NCBI GenBank assembly: GCA_964016885.1
Contig: OZ024743.1
Span: 121,706,001-121,770,000 of the forward strand
From: Eledone cirrhosa
Lineage: Eukaryota
Direction: 5' to 3'
Length of the DNA: 64,000 nucleotides
A model generated the notes under the pieces. That model saw only the letters and a program-made list of their open reading frames with translations, was not told the origin of the DNA and did not search any database. The translations under genes were made by a program, and so were the position numbers. Below are positions 11,467-25,318 of this stretch, piece by piece. The stretch's first letter is position 1; every line of letters begins with the position of its first letter.

Positions 11467-12681
11467 ATATATATAATGAGATTAGATTTGCTGCAATAGC
11501 AAATTGATTAATTTTGTCGGCAAAACTCCACTTTCCATTAACATAATTATTTTTGTATTTAATTCGTAAAACATCAGAAATAAATAACAACACTACCATT
11601 TCATCCGATTTTGATTCAAGGAGAGAAAAAAATTGGTTTCAAAAGAAAAACGTTAACATGTAAAAGAAAAATTCTACGATGAAATTAAGTTTACTTTCAA
11701 GCTCACGCTCTCCAGCTATCTAAGAATCGATATGAACAGAGAGAAAAAATAATAAATAAGTAAAACAAAGGAATTTGCACTTAATAAGTGAAGAGACTAG
11801 TCTTACCAGAATGTTTATAATGAGTTAAGTTTCAAACATTCATTTGAACTTTTGGCACAAATAAAATGTTTAGAAGAAGCTGGGAGGATGAAATTTAAAA
11901 CAATATGAAAATTATTGACCTTACCTCAAAGTTTTAAATAAGTATGTTGTAAATATTCTCACTTGTAATCCAAGCGGCGAGAGATATAACAAAATGACGA
12001 GGTATTTATCTAAAGGAGAATATTAAAGTCCTTTCAGGTTGTTGTACGGGGAGAATTTATATTAAGATACTCCCTGTATATTTACTATAAAAATTAATGC
12101 TGTCACAGATAAAACAAATCAACTCGATCTTAGTTACACTGGAATGACAACAAATACCGAACTAGTTTTTAACACCATGAGATAAAGAATGTTTTGTTGG
12201 GAGTTTCTTTGTGTTTTTATTGAATAAGTAATTATATTTAGAAAGTTAGATTATAACAAGCTACTTAAAAAATAAAATTCCCCAATTCAAAAAAGTGGAT
12301 GAAAATTAAGTAAATCTGTCATTTCAGTTTATTACAATAATATGGACTCAATAATATTAAGTTCTGTTTATATTCAATGTTAGCTTACCTCAAAAAGTAT
12401 TAGAGATACTCGGCACCCCTTGTGGAGTGTGACTGATTAACACTCTTAATGTTGACTTAATATTTCTTTTCGTTTTGATTCTATATTTTCATATGAAATA
12501 TTTATGTAATTAAGTAATAGAAATACATCTGTATGTACTGAATTTTAACAGCTATGGAATTTGTAATTTCAAACTTTTTTTTTTTCAATTTATGTGCATA
12601 TTATCAATGTACTTTTCAATTTACCATATATATATCTTAGAAATATAATTTCTATGTGACAGTAACTAATATAAACTAGAG

Positions 12682-12839
12682 CAGGCATGTCAAACATGCG
12701 GCCCTCTACAAACACATCTGCGGCCCGCACAAAGGTTTTTACAGCGCGAGCATGTTTTATCTTCATGTACGCAATTAGTTGTCGTGTGTAGTCTTCAGAC
12801 AACACATATATGTGACCCATGAGGCCCTCTACATGCCTG
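12682..12839. mobile_element. hAT-type MITE
   Basis: TIRs CAGGCATGT...ACATGCCTG; 8-bp flanks aactagag/aactaggg (one mismatch). Confidence 0.75.
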
Positions 12840-12895
12840 AACTAGGGGGTTTCTTTTATGCAAACCATAAATTGTATAAAAAGAGATATAATAAT

Positions 12896-13037
12896 TGTTT
12901 CTACTTTTGGCACAAGGCCAGCAATTATTCCAGTGCATAACTTGTACTATATTTATCGACCCCGTAAGGATGAAAGGGACGTAACTATGCTGGAAAGCAT
13001 GGTGCCTGACCCTCTACTGATACTGCCAATCCACCGC
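12896..13037 (-). mobile_element. tRNA-derived Nin-domain-like SINE, internally deleted copy
   Basis: Matches the family at 26361-26547 (ggcacaaggccagcaatt...atcgaccccgtaaggatgaaagg...tactgccaatccaccgc). Confidence 0.75.
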
Positions 13038-13059
13038 AATGCTTACAGAACGGAAGCAC

Positions 13060-14385
13060 AAACAAATATAATATGAAGGAAAGGGAGAAGGAAAAAAGAA
13101 AAAAAAAGAAAAGAAAGAGAAAAGAAAAAAACACATCTGGGACCACATACAACAAAAGGTAGGCGAAAGGGATAGACAACCGAGCTGCTACCTGAGTAAA
13201 AGATAACAATATCGCAAGGAGCCTTGGGAAACCTCTCTAATGATTTTTTTAGACTAGCCAGCACGCTCGCATCGTTACCTCAGGTGATGGCGAGGCAGAT
13301 GCACTGGAACAACCAAGCGCCCACGTGAGATTCACCAGTTGCCTCTGTTAGGTGAGCCGCCAGTGAAGATAGGAATCTCAGAGTCAGTAGCCCAACTCCC
13401 CCAAACGTCTTGAACACCACAGGCTGGAAAATGTAATTGGCTGACAGATCACGGTATTTTAGGGTTTTGTTCTGTTCGGCTGTGGAAGCTGTGGCTCTCA
13501 CCCTAACCGCAGCATCCAGGATGTGGGAAGAAGCAAAAGCGTCACTAACTGTGACGTCCCAGACAAGGTATCTGCCTCTTAACCAGGGGCACTGTTAGGA
13601 CTTTTCCCATTAATTCTGGACAACCCAGATGGTAACAAGATTGAGGGGATGTTTGCCCAAGCCAAAGATCTCTTGAGAATAAGGTTTAGCTCCGTGTGAT
13701 GCGCGAAGTGACCCGCATTCAGGCGGCAAGAAAGACTGTGGAGTCGAGGGGTTTGCCACATCAACATCTCAAACCCAGGCAGACGTCAACTCTGAGGGCA
13801 ATGGAGACACGAAGTTCGTCCAAGCTGAGTAGGCTACCAACGTTTGCTACGGGTATGGCATCAACCCAGTCACCTGAATATTTGGTGCTGGTAGACAGTA
13901 AGCGGCACCTTGAAAACCAATCTGACTGGTCGAAAAGGTAGTCAAAGGTGACCCTCAAGTGTATGCTGTCATAAGCTCTCTGACTTTGACTGGCATCCAC
14001 CTTCTTAGGAACAGACAAGCCTAACTCACTCCATTGTTGGAGAGCCTCATCCAACTCCCTGTTTAAACTAGTCCATGTTGGAGATGAGAGGATGTTGCTC
14101 ACCAGGGTGGAGGAAAGGAAGCAGGGGAGGGAGAGAGGGACAAACATTTACAAAGACCAAGACCCCCAAATCGCTTGGGCAATGCAGGCTGATTGCGAGA
14201 CTCTGGAGAGAGTCTGACATTGACCAAGCACTCGAGTCTCTTGAAGATTAGGTCGTCGAAGCGTTGGAGGCAGGACAGAAATCTGTGAGAAGGGCTGACC
14301 CTGAGCATATATAGAAGCTTAGGAATTGAAAGGTAGTTTCTGAGTATGAAAAAAACCTTAATGGGGTTCAATTGCTTCAGCAACT
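13060..14385 (-). mobile_element. Degraded non-LTR retrotransposon with restriction-like endonuclease (CRE-like), 3' part
   Basis: Fragments read LPKRFGGLG, SGDWVDAIP...LRVSIALR, HLSCR...HHTELN, LVWDVT, AEQNKTLKYRDL...IFQPVVFKTFGGVG...WLFQ.I.LAI. This resembles the RT thumb, Zn knuckle and RLE region of early-branching LINEs. Confidence 0.78.
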
Positions 14386-14396
14386 GCTTAATCAGA

Positions 14397-14705
14397 AATA
14401 AATAATAACTAGCACTTTTTCGGTTACGACGACGAGTGTTCCAGTTGATATGATCAACAGAACAGCCCGCTCATGAAATTAACGTGCAAGTGGTTGAGTA
14501 TTCCACAGACACGCATACTCTTAACGTATTTCTCAGAGAGATTCAGTGTGGACAGAATGTGTTATTGCTAACACTTCAAATTACAGGTACAACTCATTTT
14601 TACCAGCTGAGTGAACTGGAGCAACATGAAATAAAGTGTCTTGCTCAAGGCCCACAACTCACCACCAGGAATTGATCTCACGACCATACAATCATGAACT
14701 GAATA
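14397..14705 (-). mobile_element. tRNA-derived SINE, second family
   Basis: Shares actcatt..cagctgagt.aactggagcaa..tgaaataaagtgtcttgctcaagg with copies at 25435, 38322, 46288 (+) and 46861. Confidence 0.7.
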
Positions 14706-14711
14706 CACCCC

Positions 14712-15450
14712 CACTCGATTTTAGTGGGAAAAATGTTTTTTTCCTCGATTTTTTTTTTTTGTGTGCTATCAACTAATCTAACCTCCAAACCAATCGGAAA
14801 CGACTAGATTTGTAGAAAAGGTAGGGTGAAAGGGGGCGAAAAGACCACTGGCAGTCACAGGTCAACACACCTTTCACATTTGGTGGGAAATAATTATATG
14901 CAGTCATTAAGTATAAAATGTCTGATTTCAAATTGAAAGTGCATAAGGAAATCAGACATGTCATACTTAAGGATCTAATATTTCCTTGGTGGTTTGGGGG
15001 GAGGGGTGTTCTGGACCTCTTAGAAGCTTGCAATCGACTTTTTTCGCATAAAACGGTAACCCCAACACTAAAACTAACCCTAACCCTAAAACTATTCTTA
15101 ACCCTAAACCTAATCATGGAAAAAAGTTGATTGCAAGCATCTAAGAGGTTTGGAAAAAGATAATTATTTCCCACCAAACACGTGAGATGTGTAGATCTGC
15201 GAAACTACGGTGGTCTTTTCATCCCATTTCACCCTCATTCCCCTTTTTTCTACAAATCTAGTCGTTTCCGATTGGTTTAGAGGTCCTATTCGTTGATGAT
15301 ACGAAAATAAAAATCGTGGGGGGGGGGGGGGGGCACACTCTCCGTTCTCCAGGAAAAACGTTGATTACCAGCGTCTTGGAGGTTAGATTAGTCAATAGCA
15401 CATGAAAGAAAACGAGGAAAATAAATCTTTTCCCACTGATATCAAGTTGG
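14712..15450. mobile_element. Foldback/MITE-like element with nested inverted repeats around a (TAACCC)-like core
   Basis: Inverted pairs: 14712-14787 with ~15376-15450; 14781-14848 with 15209-15284; 14881-14897 with 15160-15176; 15015-15045 with 15119-15149. Degenerate telomere-like hexamers at 15057-15113. Confidence 0.75.
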
Positions 15451-15468
15451 ATGTTCTTCTATAATAAT

Positions 15469-15842
15469 TGTTTCTACTTTTGGTACAAGGCCAGCAATTA
15501 TCCTAGTGTATTACTGGTACTTTATTTTATCGACCCCCGTAAAGATGAAAGGCAGAGTTAACCTCGGCGGGATTTGAACTCAGAATGGCAAGGACCGTAA
15601 CTCTATGCATCAAAGCATAGTGTCCGACCCTCTACCGATACTGAATAGTTTCTGATTTAGGCACAAGGCCAGCAATTTTGAGGGCGGAGAAAGTCGATTA
15701 AATCGACCCCAGTGTGTGACTGGTACTTTATTTTATTGACCCTGTAAGGATGAAAGGCAAAGCTAACTTTGGCAGGATTTGAACTCAGAACGTAAAAGGC
15801 CGTAACTCTGTGTCGCGAAGCATGTGTCCAATGCTCTACCAT
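15469..15842 (-). mobile_element. Two adjacent Nin-domain-like SINE copies
   Basis: Family matches at 15469-15643 and 15649-15842; B-box GAGTTCAAATCC on the minus strand. Confidence 0.8.
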
Positions 15843-16341
15843 TTATTGTGGTCTGATTATAAATAAATAAAAGATCAAGTCATTTGAATAATGTGCAAAA
15901 ATGGACAAATTCTGGGATTCTTAGGTATAATAAGTTTATTTGTGAATTTTAGGATTAAAATTAATTTAGTTGTTATAACAATATATTTTCGAAAAAAATA
16001 TAAGCTTCTACAATGTCTATAATACAGCAAATCTTACTTTTATTACATCAACGACGTGTATGGAAAGCATTGGCAGAGAGAAATTTTAACAAATTAGCAC
16101 AAATCAACAGTAATCTTATGTGTCAATATGTGGGTCAATATGAGAGATGGTAGAAGAAATATGTTATAATAGTATTAGAGGCGTAGTTGTGTCCATAGTT
16201 CTCTTCTTTTTTATACATACCTAGGTGGGTTTTTATTTGCCTGACAACAAAAATACGCATACATTTTAATAGAATTAACACAGTTAAATGTAAAAAAAAA
16301 AAATAAGAGAAAAGGGGGTGGAGAGGGAACAAACTCTATAC

Positions 16342-16783
16342 CAGTGACGTAGTTAAATTGTGTGCTGCCCGGAGCAGCCAATACAAAAAATACATATTGC
16401 TTTTAATATATATATGTATAACTCTTAAAGTTATATATATATATATAACTGTAAATGTGGTTGGTATTAGAAAGGGCATCTAGCCTTATAAAACTGCCAG
16501 ATACAGTTCTATACAAGTGAGACATTATCACCTGACCAATCTTGCCTCAAGTGGGACAATCCCATCTAACCCATGCTAGCGTGGAAGATGGACGTTAAAT
16601 GATGATGATGATGAGGATGATATATATCATTATCATCATTTAACTAGCTTGTGTACAATTATAATATTATGCTGCAGCATTAAAAGAAAGGTTATAGCTT
16701 CAGCAGACCCAAAAGTACCAACCCCATAAAAGTGTTGCCAGGGGCAGACCTCCCCACCCTCGCCCCCTCTAGCCACGCTACTG
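16342..16783. mobile_element. hAT-type MITE with a nested RTE-tail SINE
   Basis: Exact 8-bp TSD ctctatac at 16334-16341 and 16784-16791; imperfect TIRs CAGTGACGTAG/CCACGCTACTG; internal RTE-tail repeat at ~16458-16620. Confidence 0.75.
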
Positions 16784-17400
16784 CTCTATACCTTTGGCTG
16801 GACAGCATTGTTCAGGTGCACCCTCTAGACAAGATGGTGAAGACATTGCCAGAGAGTTCAGCCAGCAATACTCTGCCACATTAGACATTCCACAAGATCT
16901 GAATTAACCATTAAACAAAGCAAGCACATGTTTAGAACATCAGTGAAAGAGAGGCACCATGGTGTTCAAGACGTTTGGCGAGGCTGGGCTGCTGACAATA
17001 AAATTGCTGTCATTGTTGGCAGCTCACCTTACCCAGATATCAGGTGATGGTCATGGATATGCTTAGTTATTCCCATGTCTTCGTTTCTCTATCATTCATG
17101 GCAATATGTTGAGTGTGTTACCTTGCTTCAAAAGTGATTAGAGGTGATCCCCAGCACCCCTTTTTACTACTATATAAATATGTGTGTGTTTGTGACAGAG
17201 ATTTATTATATATAAAGTTTTAAAAAAGGGGACCAAATTTGCCATTCATCATCATCACCATCATCATCATTTTACGTCCGCTTTTCCCTGCTTGCAAGGG
17301 TAGGACGGGTCCTATTCAGCACAACATCTCTCCACTTGTTATGGTCCTTCGTCGTCTCCTCCGTGTGCTTCAGCGATCTGAGGTTTGCTCTCACCTGCCG

Positions 17401-17605
17401 ACCAGTATTGGTAAGGCGTCGGACAACATGCTTTGCAGCATAGAGTTACGGCCCTTTACGTTCTATGTTCAAATACCGCCATGGTTAGCTTTGCCTTTCA
17501 TCCTTATGGGGGTCGATAAAATAAAGCACCAGTCATGGACTGGAGTTAATTTAATTGACTTTCCCCTCCCCCAAATTTCTGGCCTTGTGCCTAAATCAGA
17601 AACCG
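17401..17605 (+). mobile_element. Nin-domain-like SINE
   Basis: gcctttcatccttatgggggtcgataaaataaagcacc...ctggccttgtgcctaaatcagaaac. Confidence 0.75.
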
Positions 17606-18253
17606 TTATATATCATATAAAAGGTGGGGGACATAATCTTTAATGAGCTTAGAACTTCAAAAGGACTTAATCCAGCACTGTCACTGTTACGTATATGAAG
17701 TCATACATAATGAAGGACTATTAGATTATGAGAAGATTAATATTTGTAATGACTTGAAAGTTTTAGATATGTTGTTAGTCATGTGTAGGGAACATGTCGA
17801 TTTTTACCTTGTTTCTTTTTTTTTTGGGGGGGGGGGGTTCTTAGGATTTATTTTTATTCTTAATTCATAATTAACATGATTCCACACAGGAAATCATGTT
17901 GGCTGGAAGGAAGCTGGTGAGGTGTTTATGGCGTTATAGTTCTTTGTTTCTCTTTGGTTTACATTTTTCATCCTTCCTCCACTTTTTCTTCTCTTTCATA
18001 ATTCTCCAAAAATATATATATATATTTTTGCTCCGTCGTTCACAATCCTGATTTTCTGCTCTTCTCCCTCTCTATACTTCTCTCATTTCTCATCTCTTGC
18101 TTTAGACTCTCTTTCTTTCATTCTCTCCCTCTCTCTCCCTCCTTCTCTGACCGTTCTTCCAATCATATGAGGCTATATTTTAACCTGACTTTTGCTAAGC
18201 ATAATAGCAGCCGGCTGTTTCCACATTTGAGATTCCTACAATTTTATGTTATT

Positions 18254-18288
<35 letters not shown>

Positions 18289-18379
18289 CAGTAATTGCAA
18301 GCCTGTGTATATGTATGTGTTCCTATCTATTTCGCTGAGACTATATGTGCATGTTTATTAATTGATGTGTATGTAAAGA

Positions 18380-18703
18380 GCTATCCTCAAAAGGAATACA
18401 CTCAGATGGGTTGGCCATGTCGTTCGCATGGATGATTGTAGACCTATAAAGAAACTTCTTTTTGATGAGTTTGAGGATGATGTTCGACATGTAGAACGCC
18501 CTCTCTTGAGATATAATGACACGATCAAGGATATTTTGAAAAAAGATAACATTCTTCACTACTGGAGGCATTATGTCGATGATAGACCAATATGGCGGAA
18601 GCTAATCCATGATATAAGCATCAATATTGAAAACCAAAGTAAGAAGGACAAGAAGAGAAAAAGGGAGAAACAACACCATAACAGACCAGATCGACTAATA
18701 TAA
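18380..18703 (+). mobile_element. LINE (RTE-like) C-terminal fragment
   Basis: LRWVGHVVRMDDCRPIKKLLFDE...RPLLRYNDTIK...DRPIWRKLI. Confidence 0.7.
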
Positions 18704-18751
18704 TGAACAAACTTTGTCATACTACTAATATAGACTTCTTTTTTGGTATAT

Positions 18752-19394
18752 ATCATCATGATCATCATCATCATCACCGTTTTACGTCCATTCTTCCATG
18801 CTAGCATGGGTTAGACGGGCTGTCCTGTTGTGGGCAGTGTCTGGTCGGCTGACCATGCCTTGCTCATACAGGAACCGATTCTGGCTTGATTTCTACAGCT
18901 GGATGCCCTTCCTAACACCAACCTCATTTACAGTGAGTGCTGGGTGCTTTTTTTCCATGGCGCCTACACGTCCACTTTACAGTGTGGGCTGGGTGCTTTT
19001 TTGCCGTGGCACCTCCATGACCACTTTGCAGTGGGAGGGTGTGGGGCCATATTGTCTATATGCTTCAGCTTGTACCCATGGGAGGTCGGGTACTCTGTAT
19101 TACTGCGTGACGCCAGAGGTCACAGTCGTGTGTCATCGCCTTTGAGAGGTGCAACTGGGTAAGGTCGGCCCCTATCACCTCATCCCAGGTCTTCTTGGGT
19201 CTCCCCACACCGCGGTTTCCATCGACTTCTACTGCTCTGCACCTTTTTATGCAGCTGTCATCCTTCATACGCATCACATGTCCATACCAACGCAACCGCC
19301 TCTCCTGCACACAGCATTTGATTCCTCTTAATCTCAGTCTCTCTCTCAATTCATTTATGCTTTGTCGTTCGCGTATATTACTATTACACATCCA
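18752..19394 (-). mobile_element. RTE LINE 3' fragment, same family as 6074-9378
   Basis: ORF 19065-19391 closely resembles the C-terminus of the 705-aa ORF; similar 3'UTR motif and (GAT)n tail. Confidence 0.9.
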
Positions 19395-22300
19395 ATATAT
19401 ATATATATGACTAACTGGAACGACTGCTTGGATATTCGGCTGAAACTCATCTTGTGAATTGTTGTTTGCTTGTATTGGGAATCAGGCAGGTGGTATGTAA
19501 AGAACTACATCAAAACATGCTGTCAGTTGTGTCCTTTAACATTTGTGACTAGGTAGCCATGTTCCTATTAAAGAATGTCTTTCAAGGTTGTTGGAAACAG
19601 TAGAAGTCTGGCATGAAATGTCTCAGATTCATGTGTATGGAAGACTGTAGAATGAAAGGTGATATCATAGATATAGTGCTGTGTGTTGCACAAAGTAGTA
19701 ACAAATAAGTGATGAACATTCTGAAAGTCAAACAGTTAGAATGTAGGTCAGGAAGAACTACTTCAACACATACTGTAAGGGATTAATATAACAAAACACT
19801 TTTGAGCCACAAATTCCAAAATGGAATGAGCACATAAACAAATAACAAGGAGGTACCAGACTCAACTGAAAACTTCATCAATGGAAAAGGCAGTAACATT
19901 GCTTTCTTTGAAAATTCTCTAGTAGATAACTGTATAAAAACCATAGTTGGAGTCATTGAGGAAGGGAAGCAACTCAAAATGGTCAAGGTGGTGTTTGTTT
20001 ATCTGGGTGGATAGTAATATGATGATAGTTGACAGGATCAGAGAGAGACTGCAGGAAAGATAACTAGGCCAGAGAGAGGGTGAACTGTTACATGTTTTAT
20101 ATAAATTGGAATAGATACCTATAAAGATAAAACAGTGAAGAATTTGTTCAGGATAAGAGCTAGCTCAAAAATGATGCATGTTAACAACCCAGACTAAAAT
20201 AATTATGACTTTATTGCCAAAAACAGCCATAATGACTCTTAGGTATCATCGAGGCTACCTATTCCTGTTGTGTTATTGTTTGCTACATGGTTTTGTTGAA
20301 TTTCATGGCAAAAATAAAAACATGTAAATTAGCAGTTTTGTTTCCTCAATGCTTAGAGATCCTTATCGTTTCCACACTGCATCAACACATACGACCAATA
20401 TACAATAACTAACATACCCACCAAAGAGTCATCGGAGAAGTTGTTTTGGATATTAAAAGAGAAAGATTAAAGAAAGATAGATTGGGAGGAATTATGTTGT
20501 ATGTATAATGAGAAGTTAGAAGTAAAATGGATGGAAAATATGAATAGCCATTTGAAAAATAACTTACAGAGCCATATTGGTTGAGGAGTGGGAATTAAGA
20601 GGATTTTTATGAGGGTCCGTCCTTACAACATGATCATCATATATCTGTTTCTGTTAGATAACGATTATAGCTCTGTAGCTTCAGCCAATGTTTTATAAAT
20701 CATTCCATTTGATACCTTAATCTTTCTGATACACTTGTTCTCCAGCAATAGAACTTCCTTAATATTCACACTATTTATGTTTTCTTATCATTCAGACTTT
20801 AATTAAATTTACTTTGGGATTTGATAGCCAGTCTATCATCCTGTAGCTATTCTACATCACTTCTGTTTCACAAGTTCATCACTTATGTTTTTCTTCTCTG
20901 ACACTTTTCTTCAATATTAGTATATCCATATTATTTTTTCCTATTTGGATAATTTTTTTTTTCCATTCAACAATTTAGTTTTCTTATGTTCCATGCTTAT
21001 TGCCTTTGCCAACTATTTTCCAAAGTTTTAATACCAAACATTACAATATCTTCAGTACCATTATAATCACTAATACATAACTAATCATTTTACAGACAAA
21101 ATAAGTCATATATTCAGTTTCTTCACCAAGCTTTAACAAAGCTGTGTTTGTAGATTTATATATAGAGAGGGGGGGGGGGAGACAGAGAGAGAGTTTATTT
21201 GAATGCAAGGTATTTTTAGAACATCCCCCTTTTTTTGGTCCTATGTTTGTATTCCATGAATTCTAAATAAAAGTTTTGGACATATTTTGACATATCACAG
21301 CATTCATGTGACAGACAGACAAAAAAGCCTTATAATATAGATTACTATTAGATTCATTTTCCTTCTCTTTGTATTTTCTAACAGTTGCAATGTACTATAG
21401 CAGTTACAGTCAGATCTAAAGCTTTGTTCTTTTGTTCACCTGTAATCATGCAGAAATTATCCAATGCTGTTTATTTGGACATAAGTAATGCATCCTTGAT
21501 TCTTAGTTGCTGGACCTACATTTGTTGCTTATTAATGTTTCATCTGATTTCTCCTTTTTCCACCAGTGAGCATATTTGTGGAAAAAGCGTGTCCCTGTGA
21601 AACATAATTTTAATATTTCATGCATTTCAACAAGCCTTCTCTCCATTTTGGTTCATCTGACCACAACCACCTATGTAGATAAATATATTTTCTATATCAT
21701 AATATCATTTAGTAATATTAAACCTGATTAAGAATCTCAGACTTGAGAGATCTGTAGTTCACATTGGCTGAAATATTTCCAGTTAAATAAAATCTTATAA
21801 GCACCTTTTGAACCAATGATATTAATTTAATATCTGCTACAAACTGCAAAGAGATAACATATTATCTCCTCAGTGTTCAAATTTTCTCCAAAAATCAATA
21901 ACACGAAGAGCAAATAAGATCAAGAGCAGAAACTAATCAAATTTATCACACATTCTCAAGTTTAGCATAAGCAAGTCATGTTGAAAGATTCTAAGAAATT
22001 GTTCAGATATTTTTGCTACTTTTTCTAATGTGTACAGTTGCTACACCTTATTTAGCTGCAATAATCAATATCTTGTAGTTGTTAGTCTCACAAACAAATT
22101 TTATCTCCAACTTTATAACCCTGTTAGCATAAGAATTTTTGAAAAACCTGAATATTATAACACATAACATTTTTTAAACGTGTTAATTCATATTAGAATA
22201 TAGAGTAGTCTTAGTATTACAGGATTCAATACATGTAATAAACTTATAAACAACATGTATTAATTGGTAAATGCTTCGAAATATTCATTAACTCTGTATC

Positions 22301-22704
22301 ACGTGAAACCACATTAGCAAAACATTCTTGAAAAGTACAAAACAGCACTGTAACTGTATCACATTGAAAATTGAAATATTTACCTTAGTTTACTGCAAAT
22401 TTTCACAATGATCTGTCTAATAGTAAAGATAATATAAACATTTGAATTAACACATCTGTTTTTAGATATTTTCTGCCAAATCATTACAGGATGCTAAGAG
22501 TTAAACTAGAATGCTGCTTGTCAGGTAATTTTACCTGGCAGGTAATTTTAGGTGTATGTTCTTGTTCATCATGCTAATTTTCATAGGTAAAATAATATTA
22601 ATTTTAATTTTTTCATCTTTCTTGATGCTTATACAAAATAATGAAATAAACACTAAATTTGGAGATAAGAATAGCTATTAACTTAAAATAGAATTAAATG
22701 TATA

Positions 22705-24095
22705 TCTATAATATAAAGCTGACGGCCGTATGTAACAAACTTTTCGCCAAACGGCTGGACCAAACAGCACCAAATTTGCCCCATAGATGTAACTTTTTCC
22801 AAATAAAAAAGTGAGGGTATTTTTGTCTACTGAATTTTGTTAAAAGATTAAAGACATTATTTAAATATTCACTTCTTTAAAATTTCAAATGTCAACACTT
22901 CCGGTTATACGACATTCCTCACTTTTTCGTATGATGTCGCACAACATTCCCCTCTTTTTCTTAGTCTGACTTTTTAGATAGATACATAGCTATAATGTAG
23001 AGCCCTTACAATATGTCTCTGTATGCCTGGCTGTCTGCATTAGATAACGTTTTCAGAAATATTTATTTCTGCGTTCACAGATTGATTTTTTTTAGTTTCA
23101 GAAGATCCTGTTAAGCATGAAGGCCTTTGCTTAAACTTTAATCTGTTATTTTAATATATATATTCGTGTACAGATATTTTTGCATACACAAAAACAAAAA
23201 CCTATTTATTTCATGAAAGCACAGACGGTTTATCGTCATTGTTACTGTTCGAGGTTAGAGGACCACAGTCTTTCCAAGACCTGAGAACCATCAATGTTCC
23301 AGATGCGTGGTATGTTACACGATGACAGCCAGTGGCACCTCACCTTGCAAGAAGCAACAACTGCTAAAGTCCCTTCTCAGCTGCAACAACTTTTTGTTAA
23401 TATGCTGCACAACTGCGATCTCACCGACCCTCTCGCACTGTGGAACAACCACCGCAAAAGTCTAGCTGAGGACATCCTCCACCGCACACGCAGACACAAT
23501 CCGAACGTAACATACGATGTTGTTTTCAATGAGGTGCTCATTTGTCTTGAAAACAGTGTCCTGGAGATTGGTGGTAGGCCTCTAAGTCACTACAGCTTAC
23601 CTGCTCCTGACAGGAGTGTCCAGAGGTCAACGTCTACAGAGCTTCTCCGCGAGATGAACTACGAGATCAGTGCTTCTCCCATGGTCAATTGTATGTAGGA
23701 TGCTCTAGGGTGAGCTCGCCAAACAATCTCTTCATCTTTGCTCCGGAGAGCCGAACAAAAAATATTGTATACTCTGAGGCTCTAGCAATGTAATTTAAAT
23801 GTTTTCTGTTACTTGGAATTTCCATTATGGTTGTACAAATTATTGTTTGTTAAAAAATTTGTTCTCTGTTCAGCCTTTATTGTTGTAACTATCAATTTTC
23901 TTTAACGTACTGGCTGCTGAACTGGGGAATCCTAAAAATTATTCAAACCCATCATCAGAGCACGTTAACCCCCACACCCCAACCTCGCAGACTTGAGAGG
24001 GCATGCGGTATCTTTGCACTGGAGTGAAGGGGGGATTCCTGAAAAGATAAAATGCTGGTATACCTAGCCGGGCGCCAGCCAGGCGGGCCAGATAG
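22705..24095 (+). mobile_element. Internally deleted Helitron carrying RepHel fragments
   Basis: 5' A|TCTATAATATAAAG. ORF 23294-23698 reads GMLHDDSQW..TLQEA...QLQQLFV.ML..C...DPLALW....SLAEDI. The helicase C-terminus FSHGQLYV...SRV...TKNIVYSEAL lies at ~23675-23790. A GC-rich 3' segment is followed by ATAG-T (degenerate CTAG). Confidence 0.85.
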
Positions 24096-24122
24096 TTTAC
24101 AATAAATCTTATCAATAAAAAT

Positions 24123-24284
24123 TGTTTCTACTTTTGGCACAAGGCCAGCAATTATCCGAGTGCATTATTGGTGCTTTATTTTATCAACCCTGTAGGGCTG
24201 AAAGGCAAAGTTAACCTCAGCAGGATTTTAACTTAGACCGTAAAGGGCCGTAACTCTATGCTGCAAAGCATGACGTCTGACCCT
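24123..24284 (-). mobile_element. Nin-domain-like SINE, partial
   Basis: Family match to 26361-26547. Confidence 0.75.
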
Positions 24285-25265
24285 CAAAAATAATACTGTA
24301 ATAGTAGGATATAAGAATAACGATGGGGTGGAGAATTTCACAAAAAAAAATTTAAACATTTCCAATTGAAATATATTTTCATTATATAAGTTAAATACTC
24401 AAATTATTTGAACAACATTAAACTTTCCATTTCAATATAGAGTGAAATCATTACATATTTTCACCAATGATTTACCTATAATTGTTTACTCAGTGTGTTC
24501 TTGTAGAATATCCACAGGTGATAAGTTTTATGCACTTATGGTAAACTGTATTTAACACCATTGATCAAACTGCCAGAACAGCTGCTGGTTCTATGACGCA
24601 AAATGTATATTTTAATGTGTTTATATTTATATAAAAACCATCCATCATAGTTTTATGTAAGAACATTTCCTAAGTAATGCCCCAAATACCAGATTAATAA
24701 CGAGAAAGTTAGATATATTACTAAAATTTTTCAAATACTTGATTATTTTCAAAATAGAAATATGGTTATGAAAGGGCTAGAGGAGTTAATTGAATAAAAT
24801 ATATGTTCCTCTTGATAATTCAATAAATCAAATATACTTACAATTATATATACAATTTATGCATTCAGTTAAATTTATGTATATTTCTACTCAGAAATAC
24901 ATTAATGAAATACATATGAAACTACGATAATATAAGACCTATTGATTGAGTATCTCCTTCAATACAGTATATATATATGTATGGGATTGCTCACACTAAT
25001 GTTAAGTTAAATAAAATAAATAAAAATAAATTTCTAACATTATAATTAACTACAGCTGCATATGGCCAAAATGATTCATTGCATTGCTCATCATTCAAGC
25101 ACAATAAATCTATAATATAATTAGAGCCATCTCTCTCTCTCTCCCTCTCTCTCTCTCTGCCTCATGAATGGATGGCAACAATGAAACTAAATTATTCTTT
25201 TTGCAACTTTCAATGATGCCAGAATTCAAGATTATATTTGTCAATGGATTTATCTGACTGTTTCA

Positions 25266-25318
<53 letters not shown>

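Noticed and set aside
10800-12400. Candidate promoter (RFX-like ttaccatagcaac at ~10944) and three minus-strand GTAAG donors at 11802, 11920 and 12384
   Set aside because: No consistent open frame, and one implied intron is only about 45 nt. Cannot be supported without transcript data.
18195-18240. Minus-strand GAAA-CAGCCGGCTG palindrome
   Set aside because: Lacks the required U after helix III and has no 5' core.
19500-22250. Possible LRR/Toll-like receptor pseudogene (LSNAVYLDISN at ~21455)
   Set aside because: Single LRR-like phrase and many stops in all frames. 19750-20350 looks more like an old LINE relic related to 62700-63650.
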